Under the pieces are notes generated by a model that was not told the origin of the DNA, did not search any database, and saw nothing but the letters and a program-made list of their open reading frames with translations. From Escherichia coli (lineage in GTDB: Bacteria; Pseudomonadota; Gammaproteobacteria; Enterobacterales; Enterobacteriaceae): DNA of 64,000 nucleotides. Below are positions 1-10,954 of the stretch, piece after piece. The position numbers were made by a program, and so were the translations under genes. The stretch lies in the NCBI RefSeq assembly GCF_044324875.1, contig NZ_CP172185.1; one strand, written 5' to 3'. How positions within the stretch are numbered: the first letter of the stretch is position 1; every line of letters starts with the position of its first letter.

Positions 1-736
1 GCACCAGCCGGATGTGATTGGCCTGCAGGAGACAAAAGTTCATGACGATATGTTTCCACTCGAAGAGGTGGCGAAGCTCGGCTACAACGTGTTTTATCAC
101 GGGCAGAAAGGCCATTATGGCGTGGCGCTGCTGACCAAAGAGACGCCGATTGCCGTGCGTCGCGGTTTTCCCGGTGACGACGAAGAGGCGCAGCGGCGGA
201 TTATTATGGCGGAAATCCCCTCACCGCTGGGTAATGTCACCGTGATCAACGGTTACTTCCCGCAGGGTGAAAGCCGCGACCATCCGATAAAATTCCCGGC
301 AAAGGCGCAGTTTTATCAGAATCTGCAAAACTACCTGGAAACCGAACTCAAGCGTGAAAATCCGGTGCTGATTATGGGCGATATGAATATCAGTCCTGGC
401 GACCTGGATATTGGCATTGGCGAAGAGAACCGTAAGCGCTGGCTGCGTACCGGAAAATGCTCTTTCCTTCCGGAAGAACGCGAATGGATGGAGAGACTGA
501 TGAGCTGGGGGTTGGTCGATACCTTCCGCCATGCGAATCCGCAAACAGCCGATCGTTTCTCATGGTTTGATTACCGCTCAAAAGGTTTTGACGATAACCG
601 CGGTCTGCGTATCGACCTGCTTCTCGCCAGCCAACCGCTGGCAGAATGTTGCGTAGAAACCGGCATCGACTATGAAATCCGCAGCATGGAAAAACCGTCC
701 GATCACGCCCCCGTCTGGGCGACCTTCCGCCGCTAA
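1..736 (+). CDS. xthA: Exodeoxyribonuclease III, C-terminal 240 aa (5' end lies outside the window)
   Basis: ORF 14..736 translation matches the XthA C-terminal region as recalled; reading frame is open to the window start. Confidence 0.9.
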   Translation, partial: HQPDVIGLQETKVHDDMFPLEEVAKLGYNVFYHGQKGHYGVALLTKETPIAVRRGFPGDDEEAQRRIIMAEIPSPLGNVTVINGYFPQGESRDHPIKFPAKAQFYQNLQNYLETELKRENPVLIMGDMNISPGDLDIGIGEENRKRWLRTGKCSFLPEEREWMERLMSWGLVDTFRHANPQTADRFSWFDYRSKGFDDNRGLRIDLLLASQPLAECCVETGIDYEIRSMEKPSDHAPVWATFRR

Positions 737-902
737 TTTAGCTGTTCTCCTGGCTCAAACTGGGTCAGGAGAATTAACCTTGAGAAAAATCAACAAACTG
801 TCAGTAATGATTTGTTGCCTGCCGCCCTTTGTTATACCGTCACTGCGTTTTTAGTTGTCTGACCACTTCTCTATTATCAAGTTTGATATAGGAAACTCCA
901 CA

Positions 903-1613
903 ATGAACGCTGAGCGTAAATTTCTTTTTGCCTGTCTTATTTTTGCGCTGGTCATTTACGCTTTCCACGCTTTCGGTTTATTCGAGCTGCTCACCGATTT
1001 ACCTCATTTACTGACACTCATTCGCCAGAGCGGATTGTTCGGTTATAGCCTCTATATTCTGTTATTCATCATTGCCACCCTCTTTCTGTTACCAGGAAGC
1101 ATACTGGTGATCGCTGGAGGAATAGTTTTTGGCCCGCTCTTAGGGACACTACTATCATTAATTGCCGCCACGCTGGCCTCCTCGTGCTCATTCCTGCTGG
1201 CGCGCTGGCTGGGACGTGATTTACTGCTGAAATACGTTGGCCATAGCCATACCTTCCAGGCCATTGAGAAAGGCATTGCGCGTAACGGTATTGATTTTCT
1301 TATTCTGACCCGCTTAATCCCGTTGTTTCCTTACAATATTCAAAATTACGCTTACGGATTAACCACAATCGCCTTCTGGCCTTATACCCTTATTTCAGCA
1401 CTCACGACTCTGCCCGGTATTGTTATTTATACCGTGATGGCAAGCGATCTCGCCAATGAAGGCATTACGCTGCGCTTTATTTTACAACTCTGTCTGGCGG
1501 GCCTGGCGCTGTTTATTCTCGTCCAGCTCGCCAAACTCTATGCTCGACACAAACATGTGGATCTGTCTGCTTCGCGCCGCAGCCCACTTACTCACCCAAA
1601 AAATGAAGGATAG
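903..1613 (+). CDS. ydjX: DedA/TVP38-family inner membrane protein YdjX
   Basis: ORF 855..1613; internal Met MNAERKFLFACL at 903 matches the recalled YdjX N-terminus; hydrophobic multi-pass profile; synteny after xthA. Confidence 0.85.
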   Translation: MNAERKFLFACLIFALVIYAFHAFGLFELLTDLPHLLTLIRQSGLFGYSLYILLFIIATLFLLPGSILVIAGGIVFGPLLGTLLSLIAATLASSCSFLLARWLGRDLLLKYVGHSHTFQAIEKGIARNGIDFLILTRLIPLFPYNIQNYAYGLTTIAFWPYTLISALTTLPGIVIYTVMASDLANEGITLRFILQLCLAGLALFILVQLAKLYARHKHVDLSASRRSPLTHPKNEG

Positions 1614-1888
1614 AACGATGTTGCAACATTATTCAGCGTCATGGAAAAAAGGACTGACTGCACTCTGCTTACTGGCTGTTGCCGGGCTTAGCGGCTGCGA
1701 TCAAAAAGAGAATGCGGCGGCAAAAGTGGAATACGACGAACTTTCGAACAGCCAACCGCTGCGTGTCGATGCTAATAACCATACGGTAACCATGCTGGTG
1801 CAAATTAATGGTCGTTTCCTCACCGACGACACTCGTCACGGTATTGTGAACCGCCCCGGGTTTCCTGGAGAGTGTTTTATCTGTGAAC

Positions 1889-2779
1889 TCAGGCTGCCAG
1901 ATCATCGTTTCCGATGGAAGCATAATAAGCTTTTTCTGCTTCTGCCGGTGGGATATGGCCCAGCCTTTCCAGCAATCGTCGATTGTTATACCAGTCCACC
2001 CACGTGAGTGTGGCCAGCTCCACTTCTGTCCGGTTTTTCCAGCTCTTACGGTGTATTACCTCCGCTTTGTAAAGGCCATTGATGCTCTCCGCCATCGCGT
2101 TGTCATACGAGTCACCAGTACTTCCTGTTGATGCCAGTAATCCGGCTTCCTTAAGCCGCTGTGTGTAGGCCAGCGATACATACTGAGAACCTTTATCACT
2201 GTGATGGACTGTGCCGGACGGTCGACGGGCCCATAACGCCTGCTCCAGAGCATCCAGCACGAATGTCGTTTCCATAGACGATGAGACCCGCCACCCCACG
2301 ATGTATCCGGCAAACACATCAATGATGAACGCCACATAGACGACCCCCTGCCATGTGCTGACGTAAGTAAAATCAGCCACCCACAACTGGTCAGGACGTT
2401 CTGCCACAAACTGACGGTTTACGCGGTCGCCTGCGGCAACGGCTTTCCGGCTGACGGTAGTGCGGACCTTTTTACCCCGGAGAACACCGGCAAGTCCCAT
2501 AACCGCCATGAGGCGCGCCACTGTACATCTGGCTACCCTGATTCCTTCCCGTAACAACTGACGCCAGACTTTACGCACACCGTATACCTGATGATTCCCA
2601 TCGTATACGCGCAGTATCTCTTTCTTCAGCCAGTCATCGCGCTGCGCACGGGCACTGCGTTTATCCGGATGATGTCGCTGTTGCTGACAGTGGTAATACG
2701 TTGACGGGGCAATATGTAGTTCACTGCATACCGGTCCGACCCCGTACAGCTTACGCAGCTTATCCAGCAGTGGCATCAC
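1889..2779 (-). CDS. IS629 OrfB (DDE transposase catalytic subunit)
   Basis: 296 aa rve-domain ORF with IS3-family DDE motifs. Confidence 0.9.
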   Translation of the reverse strand: MMPLLDKLRKLYGVGPVCSELHIAPSTYYHCQQQRHHPDKRSARAQRDDWLKKEILRVYDGNHQVYGVRKVWRQLLREGIRVARCTVARLMAVMGLAGVLRGKKVRTTVSRKAVAAGDRVNRQFVAERPDQLWVADFTYVSTWQGVVYVAFIIDVFAGYIVGWRVSSSMETTFVLDALEQALWARRPSGTVHHSDKGSQYVSLAYTQRLKEAGLLASTGSTGDSYDNAMAESINGLYKAEVIHRKSWKNRTEVELATLTWVDWYNNRRLLERLGHIPPAEAEKAYYASIGNDDLAA

Positions 2780-3102
2780 TTTTTCCAGAGGCGGTCGAAC
2801 TCCGCCTTCGCAAAATAAGCGGAAGCCTGGCGAAGGATATCGTTACTGCGGCGCAGTTCACGATTTTCACGTTCCAGCTCTTTCAGACGCTGACGTTCAG
2901 CGGTGGTGAGCCCGCCATCACCGCCTCCGGTATCCCGCTCATGCTGGCGTACCCAGACACGCAGAGTCTCCGGTGTACAGCCAATCTTTGGGGCAATGGA
3001 ACAAATTGCCGCCCACTGTGAGTCATATTCGCCCTGACTTTCCAGAACCATACGAATCGCCCTCTGACGGACTTCGGGGGAAAAACGAGTATTTTTAGTC
3101 AT
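2776..3102 (-). CDS. IS629 OrfA (HTH transposase subunit)
   Basis: 108 aa [19 protein letters not shown]...; overlaps OrfB as in IS3-family programmed -1 frameshift organisation. Confidence 0.9.
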   Translation of the reverse strand: MTKNTRFSPEVRQRAIRMVLESQGEYDSQWAAICSIAPKIGCTPETLRVWVRQHERDTGGGDGGLTTAERQRLKELERENRELRRSNDILRQASAYFAKAEFDRLWKK

Positions 3103-3622
3103 TCTGTTTACCTCTTTCTCAGGGAGTTTAGTCTCCAGGATTCCCGGGGCGGTTCATTGTGTTTAAAGATGGCTCCAACGGACATAAATCGCTGTTTATG
3201 GGTTATGCGACCCCGAAAGCATTTTATGAAGCCCTGAAAGAGGCAGGTGGTACACCGGGCGAAAACATGACGATGGATAATAAAGAAACGACTCATGTCA
3301 CAGGCAGCAAACTGGATATTTCGGTCAACTGGCAAGGGGCGGCAAAAGCGTATTCCTTCGATGAAGTGATTGTTGACAGTAATGGCAAGAAACTGGACAT
3401 GCGCTTTGGCGGTAATTTAACGGCAGCAGAAGAGAAGAAAACGGGCTGCCTGGTGTGTCTGGATAGCTGCCCGGTCGGCATCGTCAGCAATGCAACATAC
3501 ACTTATGGTGCGGTTGAAAAACGAGGTGAAGTTAAATTCAAAGGCAATGCCTCGGTTCTCCCGGCGGATAACACGCTGGCAACGGTTACCTTTAAAATCA
3601 CCGAATAAAGCCAGGATAAAGA

Positions 3623-4330
3623 ATGATGAAGATGCAATCGAGAAAAATCTGGTACTACCGTATAACCCTCATCATCCTGTTGTTCGCTATGCTGCTGGCA
3701 TGGGCGCTGCTTCCCGGCGTCCATGAGTTTATTAATCGCAGCGTTGCGGCGTTTGCCGCCGTGGACCAACAGGGTATAGAACGCTTTATTCAGTCTTACG
3801 GCGCACTGGCGGCAGTTGTCTCGTTCTTGTTGATGATTTTGCAGGCCATTGCTGCACCGCTACCTGCGTTTCTGATCACCTTTGCAAATGCGTCGCTGTT
3901 TGGCGCGTTCTGGGGCGGCTTGCTGTCGTGGACCAGTTCGATGGCCGGCGCGGCGCTGTGCTTTTTTATCGCCAGAGTGATGGGCCGCGAAGTGGTGGAA
4001 AAGTTAACGGGTAAAACGGTACTCAATAGTATGGACGGCTTTTTTACCCGCTATGGTAAACACACCATTCTGGTATGCCGATTATTGCCTTTTGTGCCTT
4101 TTGATCCCGTAAGCTATGCTGCCGGTTTGACTTCAATACGTTTTCGCTCGTTTTTTATCGCCACCGGGCTTGGTCAGTTACCAGCGACTATTGTTTATTC
4201 CTGGGCGGGCAGCATGTTAACAGGCGGTACTTTCTGGTTTGTCACCGGACTGTTTATTCTGTTTGCCCTGACCGTGGTGATTTTTATGGCGAAGAAAATA
4301 TGGCTTGAGCGCCAGAAGAGGAATGCCTGA
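3623..4330 (+). CDS. ydjZ: TVP38/TMEM64-family inner membrane protein YdjZ
   Basis: 235 aa ORF; N-terminus MMKMQSRKIWYYRITL as recalled for YdjZ; synteny. Confidence 0.85.
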   Translation: MMKMQSRKIWYYRITLIILLFAMLLAWALLPGVHEFINRSVAAFAAVDQQGIERFIQSYGALAAVVSFLLMILQAIAAPLPAFLITFANASLFGAFWGGLLSWTSSMAGAALCFFIARVMGREVVEKLTGKTVLNSMDGFFTRYGKHTILVCRLLPFVPFDPVSYAAGLTSIRFRSFFIATGLGQLPATIVYSWAGSMLTGGTFWFVTGLFILFALTVVIFMAKKIWLERQKRNA

Positions 4331-4878
4331 TGGGTTTACCGCCGCTTAGCAAAATTCCTTTCATTTTACGTCCGCAGGCGTGGCTGCATCGTCGCCATTA
4401 CGGCGAGGTGCTAAGCCCGATTCGCTGGTGGGGGCGGATCCCGTTTATCTTTTATCTGGTGTCGATGTTTGTCGGCTGGCTGGAGCGCAAACGCTCACCG
4501 CTGGATCCAGTAGTGCGATCGCTTGTCAGCGCGCGCATTGCGCAAATGTGTCTGTGTGAGTTTTGCGTGGATATCACCAGTATGAAAGTCGCCGAGCGCA
4601 CTGGCAGCACCGATAAACTGCTGGCAGTGGCTGACTGGCGGCAAAGCCCGCTCTTTAGCGATGAAGAACGGCTGGCGCTGGAGTACGCCGAAGCCGCAAG
4701 CGTAACGCCGCCAACGGTCGATGATGCCCTGCGTACCCGACTGGCTGCGCATTTTGACGCCCAGGCGCTCACCGAACTGACGGCATTGATCGGACTGCAA
4801 AACCTGTCAGCCCGTTTTAATTCTGCCATGGACATTCCCGCTCAGGGGCTGTGCCGTATTCCTGAAAAACGTTCTTAA
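4330..4878 (+). CDS. ynjA: AhpD-like/carboxymuconolactone-decarboxylase-family protein YnjA
   Basis: 182 aa ORF, start overlaps ydjZ stop; synteny with K-12 gene order. Confidence 0.85.
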   Translation: MGLPPLSKIPFILRPQAWLHRRHYGEVLSPIRWWGRIPFIFYLVSMFVGWLERKRSPLDPVVRSLVSARIAQMCLCEFCVDITSMKVAERTGSTDKLLAVADWRQSPLFSDEERLALEYAEAASVTPPTVDDALRTRLAAHFDAQALTELTALIGLQNLSARFNSAMDIPAQGLCRIPEKRS

Positions 4879-5065
4879 GGAGGGTACTACCTTCACTTCT
4901 ACCTCTGCCTCCCAAACTCCGTAAAACTCATGCACAATCACCATATTACAGTCAACCCGAACATTATGAGCTCCACTGAATTCTACTGTTCACCCCCTAA
5001 ATCAAGCATAAAATGGGGGCATATTTGGGGGCCCATTGTGTTCAGTCAGTTTCAGGAGCCCCCAT

Positions 5066-6253
5066 ATGGCACTTACAGCCAGACAAGTCGAAACAGCCAA
5101 ACCTAAAGACAAAGATTATAAACTCTCTGATGAACGTGGTTTATATCTGCTGGTAAAAACCACGGGAGCACGCTACTGGCGCTTTAAGTACAGGATAGCA
5201 GGAAAGGAGAAAAAACTGTCCTTCGGTGTCTATCCTGACGTCTCCCTTGCAGAAGCCAGAACCAAACGCGACGATGCAAGGAAAATTATCTCCGAGGGCG
5301 GTGATCCCGGTGAAAAGAAACGAAGGGAAAAACTCTCACAGAAAATCTCTGTCACCAACACCTTCCATGCTCTCGCAATCGAATGGCATCATCATAAATC
5401 TTTATCATGGTCTGACAGTTACGCCAGAAGCGTACTGGAAGCTCTGGATAAAGACGTTTTCCCGTATCTGAGCAACCGGAGCGTTACTGATATCCTTCCA
5501 CTGGAAATGCTGGAAATACTACGTCGAATTGAAAAACGAGGCTCTCTGGAAAAACTACGCAAGGTCCGGCAATACTGCAATCAGATTTTCCGTTATGCCA
5601 TAGCCACAGGACGAGCCACTGTCAATCCAGCCTCAGAACTGAGCAGCACGCTGGCGGCACCAAAAACCGCACATTTTCCCCATCTGAGAGCGGATGAACT
5701 TCCTGTTTTTCTCCGGAAGCTCGCTGACTATCACGGCAGTCCTGTCACTCGTATGGCTACAAACCTGCTGATTCTGACCGGGCTCAGAACGATTGAATTG
5801 CGACTGGCCGAATGGTCAGAAATTGATTCTAGCAACGCACTCTGGCATATCCCTAGAGAGAGAATGAAAATGCGCCGGCCTCATATTGTTCCTCTGTCAC
5901 GCCAGGTCATTTCTGTTCTGCAGGAATTACATGGTTTTACCGGACAGTATCGCCTTATGCTACCCGGACGTTGCGATGTAAACAAACCTATGAGTGAAGG
6001 CTGCATCAATATGGTGCTCAAACGTATCGGTTACGATGGCAGGGCAACCGGTCATGGTTTTCGTCACACCATGAGTACCATTCTGCACGAACAGGGCTTT
6101 AATTCTGCCTGGATTGAAATGCAGTTAGCTCATGTGGATAAAAACTCCATCAGGGGTACCTATAATCATGCACATTATCTCGATGGTCGCCGTAAAATGA
6201 TGCAGTGGTACGCTGATTACATTGATTCTCTTATGGGAAAAACGCACAAATGA
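5066..6253 (+). CDS. Tyrosine recombinase, P4-type island integrase
   Basis: ORF 5036..6253; likely start MALTARQVETAKPKDKDYKL at 5066 with AGGAG 8 nt upstream; P4-integrase N-terminal signature and C-terminal catalytic region (HGFRHT...Y). Confidence 0.85.
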   Translation: MALTARQVETAKPKDKDYKLSDERGLYLLVKTTGARYWRFKYRIAGKEKKLSFGVYPDVSLAEARTKRDDARKIISEGGDPGEKKRREKLSQKISVTNTFHALAIEWHHHKSLSWSDSYARSVLEALDKDVFPYLSNRSVTDILPLEMLEILRRIEKRGSLEKLRKVRQYCNQIFRYAIATGRATVNPASELSSTLAAPKTAHFPHLRADELPVFLRKLADYHGSPVTRMATNLLILTGLRTIELRLAEWSEIDSSNALWHIPRERMKMRRPHIVPLSRQVISVLQELHGFTGQYRLMLPGRCDVNKPMSEGCINMVLKRIGYDGRATGHGFRHTMSTILHEQGFNSAWIEMQLAHVDKNSIRGTYNHAHYLDGRRKMMQWYADYIDSLMGKTHK

Positions 6254-6263
6254 AATAAACCAT

Positions 6264-6310
6264 CCCCCACCAACTGCAGCGGTTGGTGGGGGCTTAACTG
6301 TTATTTTTTG
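6264..6310 (+). terminator. Perfect 11-bp stem hairpin (CCCCCACCAAC-tgcagcg-GTTGGTGGGGG) followed by T-rich tract
   Basis: Seen directly, 10 nt after the integrase stop; could terminate either strand. Confidence 0.45.
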
Positions 6311-6639
6311 ATTTTTGCCTTCAGGCGTGTCCACAGGAAAATGCAAACTGCGGTATATACCCGTGTGATAAACAACAGTTTAAGGCTGAAATACTCTCCT
6401 GCCTCGCTGGCATTCGTTTCAAACATAGCGAAAAGAACACTCTGCGAGAACTCATGACTATAAATAAAATAATAACAGAGTGCTGTCAGTGACGTAGTCC
6501 AGAGAATAATACCGACAACCGCTGCAATAATTTTTATCCGTTCTGGAAAAAGAAACACGGGTATCCGCCACAGGGAGCTGAATAACAGTGAATCTCGTAT
6601 TCCATTTATTCCACCGTATCCGGTGCTGAAGATAATCAC
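6301..6639 (-). pseudogene. N-terminal ~110 aa fragment of an OpgE/EptA-like membrane phosphoethanolamine transferase
   Basis: ORF MIIFSTGY...FETNASEAGEYFSLKLLF...RLKAKIKK resembles the N-terminal TM region of sulfatase-family pEtN transferases; the catalytic domain is missing. Confidence 0.4.
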
Positions 6640-6803
6640 CTGCAGCAGGGTGGAAAAGATAAAGTATCGCCCCCGTGCGCTCCGGCTGAAAGCAGGTCTG
6701 CTGTTTCCGGCATTTAAATGTATTGACCATCTCCCGGTAAAATGTAATAAATCCCCCGTTACCGGAAAACCGATGAACAGAATTCGGACAGAAAATGAGT
6801 TCC

Positions 6804-7746
6804 TCAGTTACCTGTTGCGTTTCCCCCGGTCTGATGAGCCAGAGACACAATGGTCTGTACCGTTCTGTTGATATTAAACCGGTATTCGATATCTTCTCTG
6901 GCGCTGGCAACCATCATCCTGAAGCGTTCCGGGCGGGACAAAAAATCCCGAAGCGCACTGGTCCATGCAGTCATATCTCCCACAGGTAAAAGTGTTCCTG
7001 TCACATTTTTCTGAATGGCATCCGGGATCCCGCCAGTCTCACTGGCAATAACGGGAACACCGGAGGCTGACGCTTCAGCCAGGACCATGCCAAATGCCTC
7101 ATTTTTCAGAAGGCATGATAGCACACTGGCAACCCGGTATATCGGTAACGCCGGGAAAACAGCACCAGCCATGAAAACATCACCACTCATTCCCAGTGAT
7201 TCAATCTGCAGGCGAAGGCGTTCTTCGTATTCCTCACGACCAGCGCCCACCACGAGCCATCGAAATACTTTCCCTTCCATCTTCAGTTGGTGCAACACCC
7301 GGAGCATAAATTCATGCCCTTTCTCGGGACGCAACATACCCACCTGGACAATCAGCGGGATATTGCCCGCTGATTCTGTCCATCCCTGAATATGCGGAGG
7401 TAACTGTTGCCTGACTTCTCTGTGTAATACAGAAACGATGCCAGCATATCAGACGGCTCAGGCCTGCAATGTTACTGTCATGACCACTGTGGCAGATTAC
7501 CAGATCAGGTCTGAATTACCGGATTACCTGCCGCAGTCTGATGATGGAAGGAAGGTGAAGACTGTTCCTGAAAGGAATAAAAGTAACATCATGTCCGATT
7601 GTTCTGGCTTCATGAGCTATTTTACTTTTTTCCCTGCAGGCGAGTAAAACAGAATGCCCCTGTTTCTGGAGCGCTGTCATCTGTGCCAGAGCCTGTAACT
7701 CCTGGCCACCAATATCTGGTGAAGACTCAGTGAATAAAATCTTCAT
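6804..7746 (-). pseudogene. Family-1 (GT4-type) glycosyltransferase, frameshifted
   Basis: N-terminal ORF 7516..7746 and C-terminal ORF 6804..7343 (motif EAFGMVLAEASASGVPVIASETGGIPD) are in different frames with stops between them. Confidence 0.6.
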
Positions 7747-8401
7747 TATTAATTCTCTGGTAATCTTGGCCCCTTATGAAGAGCCAGTAATGAAGAGAAA
7801 AATGGCGTGATATAATAAAAAGGCACCGTTTCAGCCAACCGCAATATTCCCGTTCTTTTGTACTAATACGTCCTATAAGTAATGAACCTTTTACAGGGCA
7901 GTTCATTCTTCTTTCCGTTGTATATAAATAAGATAAACCAAGTTCTCTGGTGAGATTAATATAATCTCTGCTATAATATCCTGCAGGCCAGCATAGATGG
8001 GGACTACAGTATCCCAGTTTTTCCTTCAGACATTGTTTGCCTGTCATAATAGCTTCTTCCATGAGTCGGCACTGCTCAGTACGTGGTACAGACAGTCTGT
8101 CCCAGCGTTTATGTGAATGGGTATGTAAATGGAATTCAACAAGACCGGAATCACGCATTTCCCGGACTTCAGACCAGCGAAGCATCACTTCATCGGAACG
8201 GTTATCTGCAATCAACTGCTCACAGTCGCGATGCGAATATTCCCGTTTCTGTCTGTAACGCACCTTCCCGTCACCAATCAACCCTGTAATGAGAAAAATA
8301 TGCGTATGAAGATTGTATTCCTTCAGTACCGGCCATGCCCGGAACCAGTTATCAAGATATCCGTCATCGAATGTAATCATGAAGCTCTTTCTTGGAAGCA
8401 T
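7727..8401 (-). CDS. Polysaccharide deacetylase (NodB-homology domain)
   Basis: 224 aa ORF with the TFDDGY motif near the N-terminus; 3' end overlaps the glycosyltransferase start (operon-like). Confidence 0.6.
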   Translation of the reverse strand: MLPRKSFMITFDDGYLDNWFRAWPVLKEYNLHTHIFLITGLIGDGKVRYRQKREYSHRDCEQLIADNRSDEVMLRWSEVREMRDSGLVEFHLHTHSHKRWDRLSVPRTEQCRLMEEAIMTGKQCLKEKLGYCSPHLCWPAGYYSRDYINLTRELGLSYLYTTERRMNCPVKGSLLIGRISTKEREYCGWLKRCLFIISRHFSLHYWLFIRGQDYQRINNEDFIH

Positions 8402-9417
8402 TCCCCCCTGATAAAAATATTAAAGTTCAGCGGATGTTACTGTCCGCCAGTTATTTTTTGCGAGCCACTCTATCTGTTCACAAAATATTTCAGGTGAAAG
8501 TGTCACAAGCCCCGGACAGCGACTGACATGATGGTACATCAGTACGGGAAGATGTCTTGCATTCAACATAAAGCATTATCACCAGTTAGTTATACAGTAA
8601 ATATACCCCGAGTAAAAACAGGGCGGTTTAGGATATGTCTGGCTCCGGGTATTCTACTATGTAATCAGGGAATAATGGACAATGAGAATACAACAGACAC
8701 TTTTAATATTTCCGACTGTTTATCAAAATAATTTTATCCTTTGTGAATATATTGTTTTTATCAGATGATTTACTTATTTTCCAGGAAAATAAAATCCTTC
8801 GATTTCAGGACACTCAGAGGAATATACCTGCTTCCGTCAAAAATCATAAAAACCGTGTCCCGATTAGTTTTAGCAGCAGGATCAAATGCAGTAATATAAT
8901 GATCTTATACCAGTAAGCCACTGGGAAATGCCCTCAAAATGTCGTGCACTGATTTTTCGGTTGAGAGCCTCATAATACCTAATATTACTGGCCGTAATAA
9001 TCCGGAGGCACAGCATAGCTTTCTTGTACAGAGGCATCATGATGAACAGGATTAATACCGTCACAGATGCACAAGTTTTACCCGTGATAAAGAATCCCGT
9101 TTTGTCCGCACTTGCCTGCGCCAGCGTTGAAAACGTGCCGGTTATTGTAGTTAAGTTATTGCCGCTAACTTTTTCACAACCCACCTATCCGGATATTTCC
9201 TTATTCTTCATATATTACATCTCATAAATTTAAATGTGAGTTTCTCATGGGTAAAATAAATTATACGAATCGCATCAATAGGAAAGACAGACGGTGCTGC
9301 CGATATAAAACGGGAAGTGACGGGATAAGCAGTTATGTGAATATTGTTTCAAAAAATGATATTTTGTGTTGTTAAAGTATAACTTTGCAATAAGCTATCC
9401 ATGATGGGATTCTGTAA

Positions 9418-9771
9418 ATGAACAAAACACTCTCTTCAATTCTGCTCATCTTCGGTATCTGTGCATCATCACTGGCTGCTGATAAAAAAGAACCGTCAGT
9501 TTTCCACGATGTGAAGGGCAGGAAGCATCGGCTGTTTCAGCCAGCGTCAAACGGAACTATCTCCAGAAACAGGTGCTTCACAGGAAAGATGACTAGGTGC
9601 TCCTCAGTCAGCAGCGTCCTGTTGTCTGGGTGAATCTTCGTGAGCTGGTAAGTAAAGGTGATAATTTAGTCACAGCGCATCTCACCGCCAGGGGGAATAA
9701 AGCCGATATTCAGTATCGGGTGCGCATTGACTGTAAGAACGAAAACGCTATCTGGCAGCGCCAGGGATGAA
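9418..9771 (+). pseudogene. Small signal-peptide protein, broken by frameshifts and an in-frame amber codon
   Basis: ORF 9418..9633 has an N-terminal signal peptide; the continuation ...VNLRELVSKGDNLVTAHLTARGNKADIQYR.../...VRIDCKNENAIWQRQG lies in other frames; family not recognised. Confidence 0.3.
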
Positions 9772-10267
9772 CGCTTGAAGATAACCACAGAGTATGAACA
9801 AACGGACTCTACATGTTCATTATGACTAAAAAAACGCTGCACGTTCTCTGTTTTATTTTACGTTGCTGTCATAACGTGTTTACCTCAATTTTCGGGAACG
9901 TGTTCTTAGCGCTTAGACTACCCCTGAATCTTCTGCTGTTGAAGGGCCGTAACAGGGTAAGTGATAACAGATGTCTGGACATATAGGAGCAAATTCACCG
10001 ATTTACTTAATCATGATGTTATTTTGTAAAATAAGCTGAGGGGAGTTTCACATAATGTTAGTTTTTGTGTAAACGCAAGAAGGAAAATCAATAAAATTAA
10101 TATATAGTTATATGTTGTAGGTGTGAGTATGACTGTTTGGCCGTGGAGTGCATTCCTAAATTAGGATTGGATCATTTAAGGTTTAACACATTATTAAATA
10201 CGGCAAATTACAGTAAAATACTTTGCCGTATTTAGAAATAAAATTAAATTTTTCTATAGAATATTAT

Positions 10268-10657
10268 TTATCTGAATTTTCGGTGGCCTTCCAGTTTTAT
10301 ATTATTCATTTTATCCAGAGCATCACGTAGTGACTCTATATTCCCCGACTCAACCTTCTCTTTTGCAAGATTGATTTCATTTTGTAGTTTCTTCAACTCA
10401 TTCTTATAACTTTCCACTGCGACTTTATCGTTGCTGTTTATTTTTTCAGGAAGAGTATTCATGGAAGCATTTACAGCTTTGTCCATCATATCAAGAGCAT
10501 TTAATAGAGATTTTTTATCACCAGAGGATTGTAGAGTGCTCATATTTCTTGCAAGGCTCTGCATATTTTTATCCAGTCCGGAAGCCAAAGATATATGACT
10601 GGTAGATAAACACATTACAAGTATAGAACTCACAATAAAGAATTTTTGTTTCTTCAT
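10268..10657 (-). CDS. Cytochrome b562-family periplasmic protein (divergent)
   Basis: 129 aa; signal peptide; four-helix-bundle-like sequence with Met near the mature N-terminus (DKNMQSL) and C-terminal ...EGHRKFR resembling the CybC ...YHQKYR heme-ligand region; AT-rich surroundings. Confidence 0.55.
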   Translation of the reverse strand: MKKQKFFIVSSILVMCLSTSHISLASGLDKNMQSLARNMSTLQSSGDKKSLLNALDMMDKAVNASMNTLPEKINSNDKVAVESYKNELKKLQNEINLAKEKVESGNIESLRDALDKMNNIKLEGHRKFR

Positions 10658-10954
10658 TAATTTACTCCTATTCGAAAGTGATTATCGTCATGGCAATTTA
10701 ACTTTATTATTCTATCTTTTATGGATGTACATCTCCTATATGGGTATACACAAGAAAATGTGATGCATTTCTAAAAACTATTCTACTTTATTCGGTATTG
10801 CTGAATGATTCACCATTAAGAAAATAGATATAACAGTTCTTTATTTCTTTTATTTAACATGGTTGTATTAAATATTCAACAGGTTTTCTAATACCAGTTG
10901 GGCTTTGTTGAAAAAATCTGATTTAGGGTAAGAGCCCCGTAGCTAGTTGTGCTT

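Larger units (their letters stand above)
1847..3156 (-). mobile_element. IS629 (IS3 family) copy 1, 1310 bp, 3-bp target duplication TTG
   Basis: Ends TGAACCGCCCCGGG...CCCGGGGCGGTTCA; TTG at 1844..1846 and 3157..3159; OrfA/OrfB match IS629 as recalled; identical to the second copy at 34137..35446 apart from a few point differences (one visible in OrfB, one in OrfA). Confidence 0.9.
1618..3608 (+). pseudogene. ydjY: ydjY lipoprotein gene split by IS629 (gene parts 1618..1846 and 3157..3608)
   Basis: N-terminal part MLQHYSASW...DTRHGIV runs into the IS629 end at 1847; ORF 3159..3608 continues ...FKDGSNGHKS...TFKITE in frame once the IS and one copy of the TTG duplication are removed. Confidence 0.85.

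Noticed and set aside
221-581. ORFs antisense to xthA
   Set aside because: They lie entirely within a well-supported conserved gene on the other strand.
3159-3608. Independent 149-aa gene
   Set aside because: It is the 3' portion of ydjY, separated from its 5' part by IS629.
4879-5065. Possible tRNA or att site upstream of the integrase
   Set aside because: No acceptor/T-arm-like sequence recognised by eye; left as an open question in the findings.
8528-9227. Short ORFs in the AT-rich interval upstream of the deacetylase gene
   Set aside because: Low-complexity AT-rich sequence, no RBS and conflicting overlapping frames.
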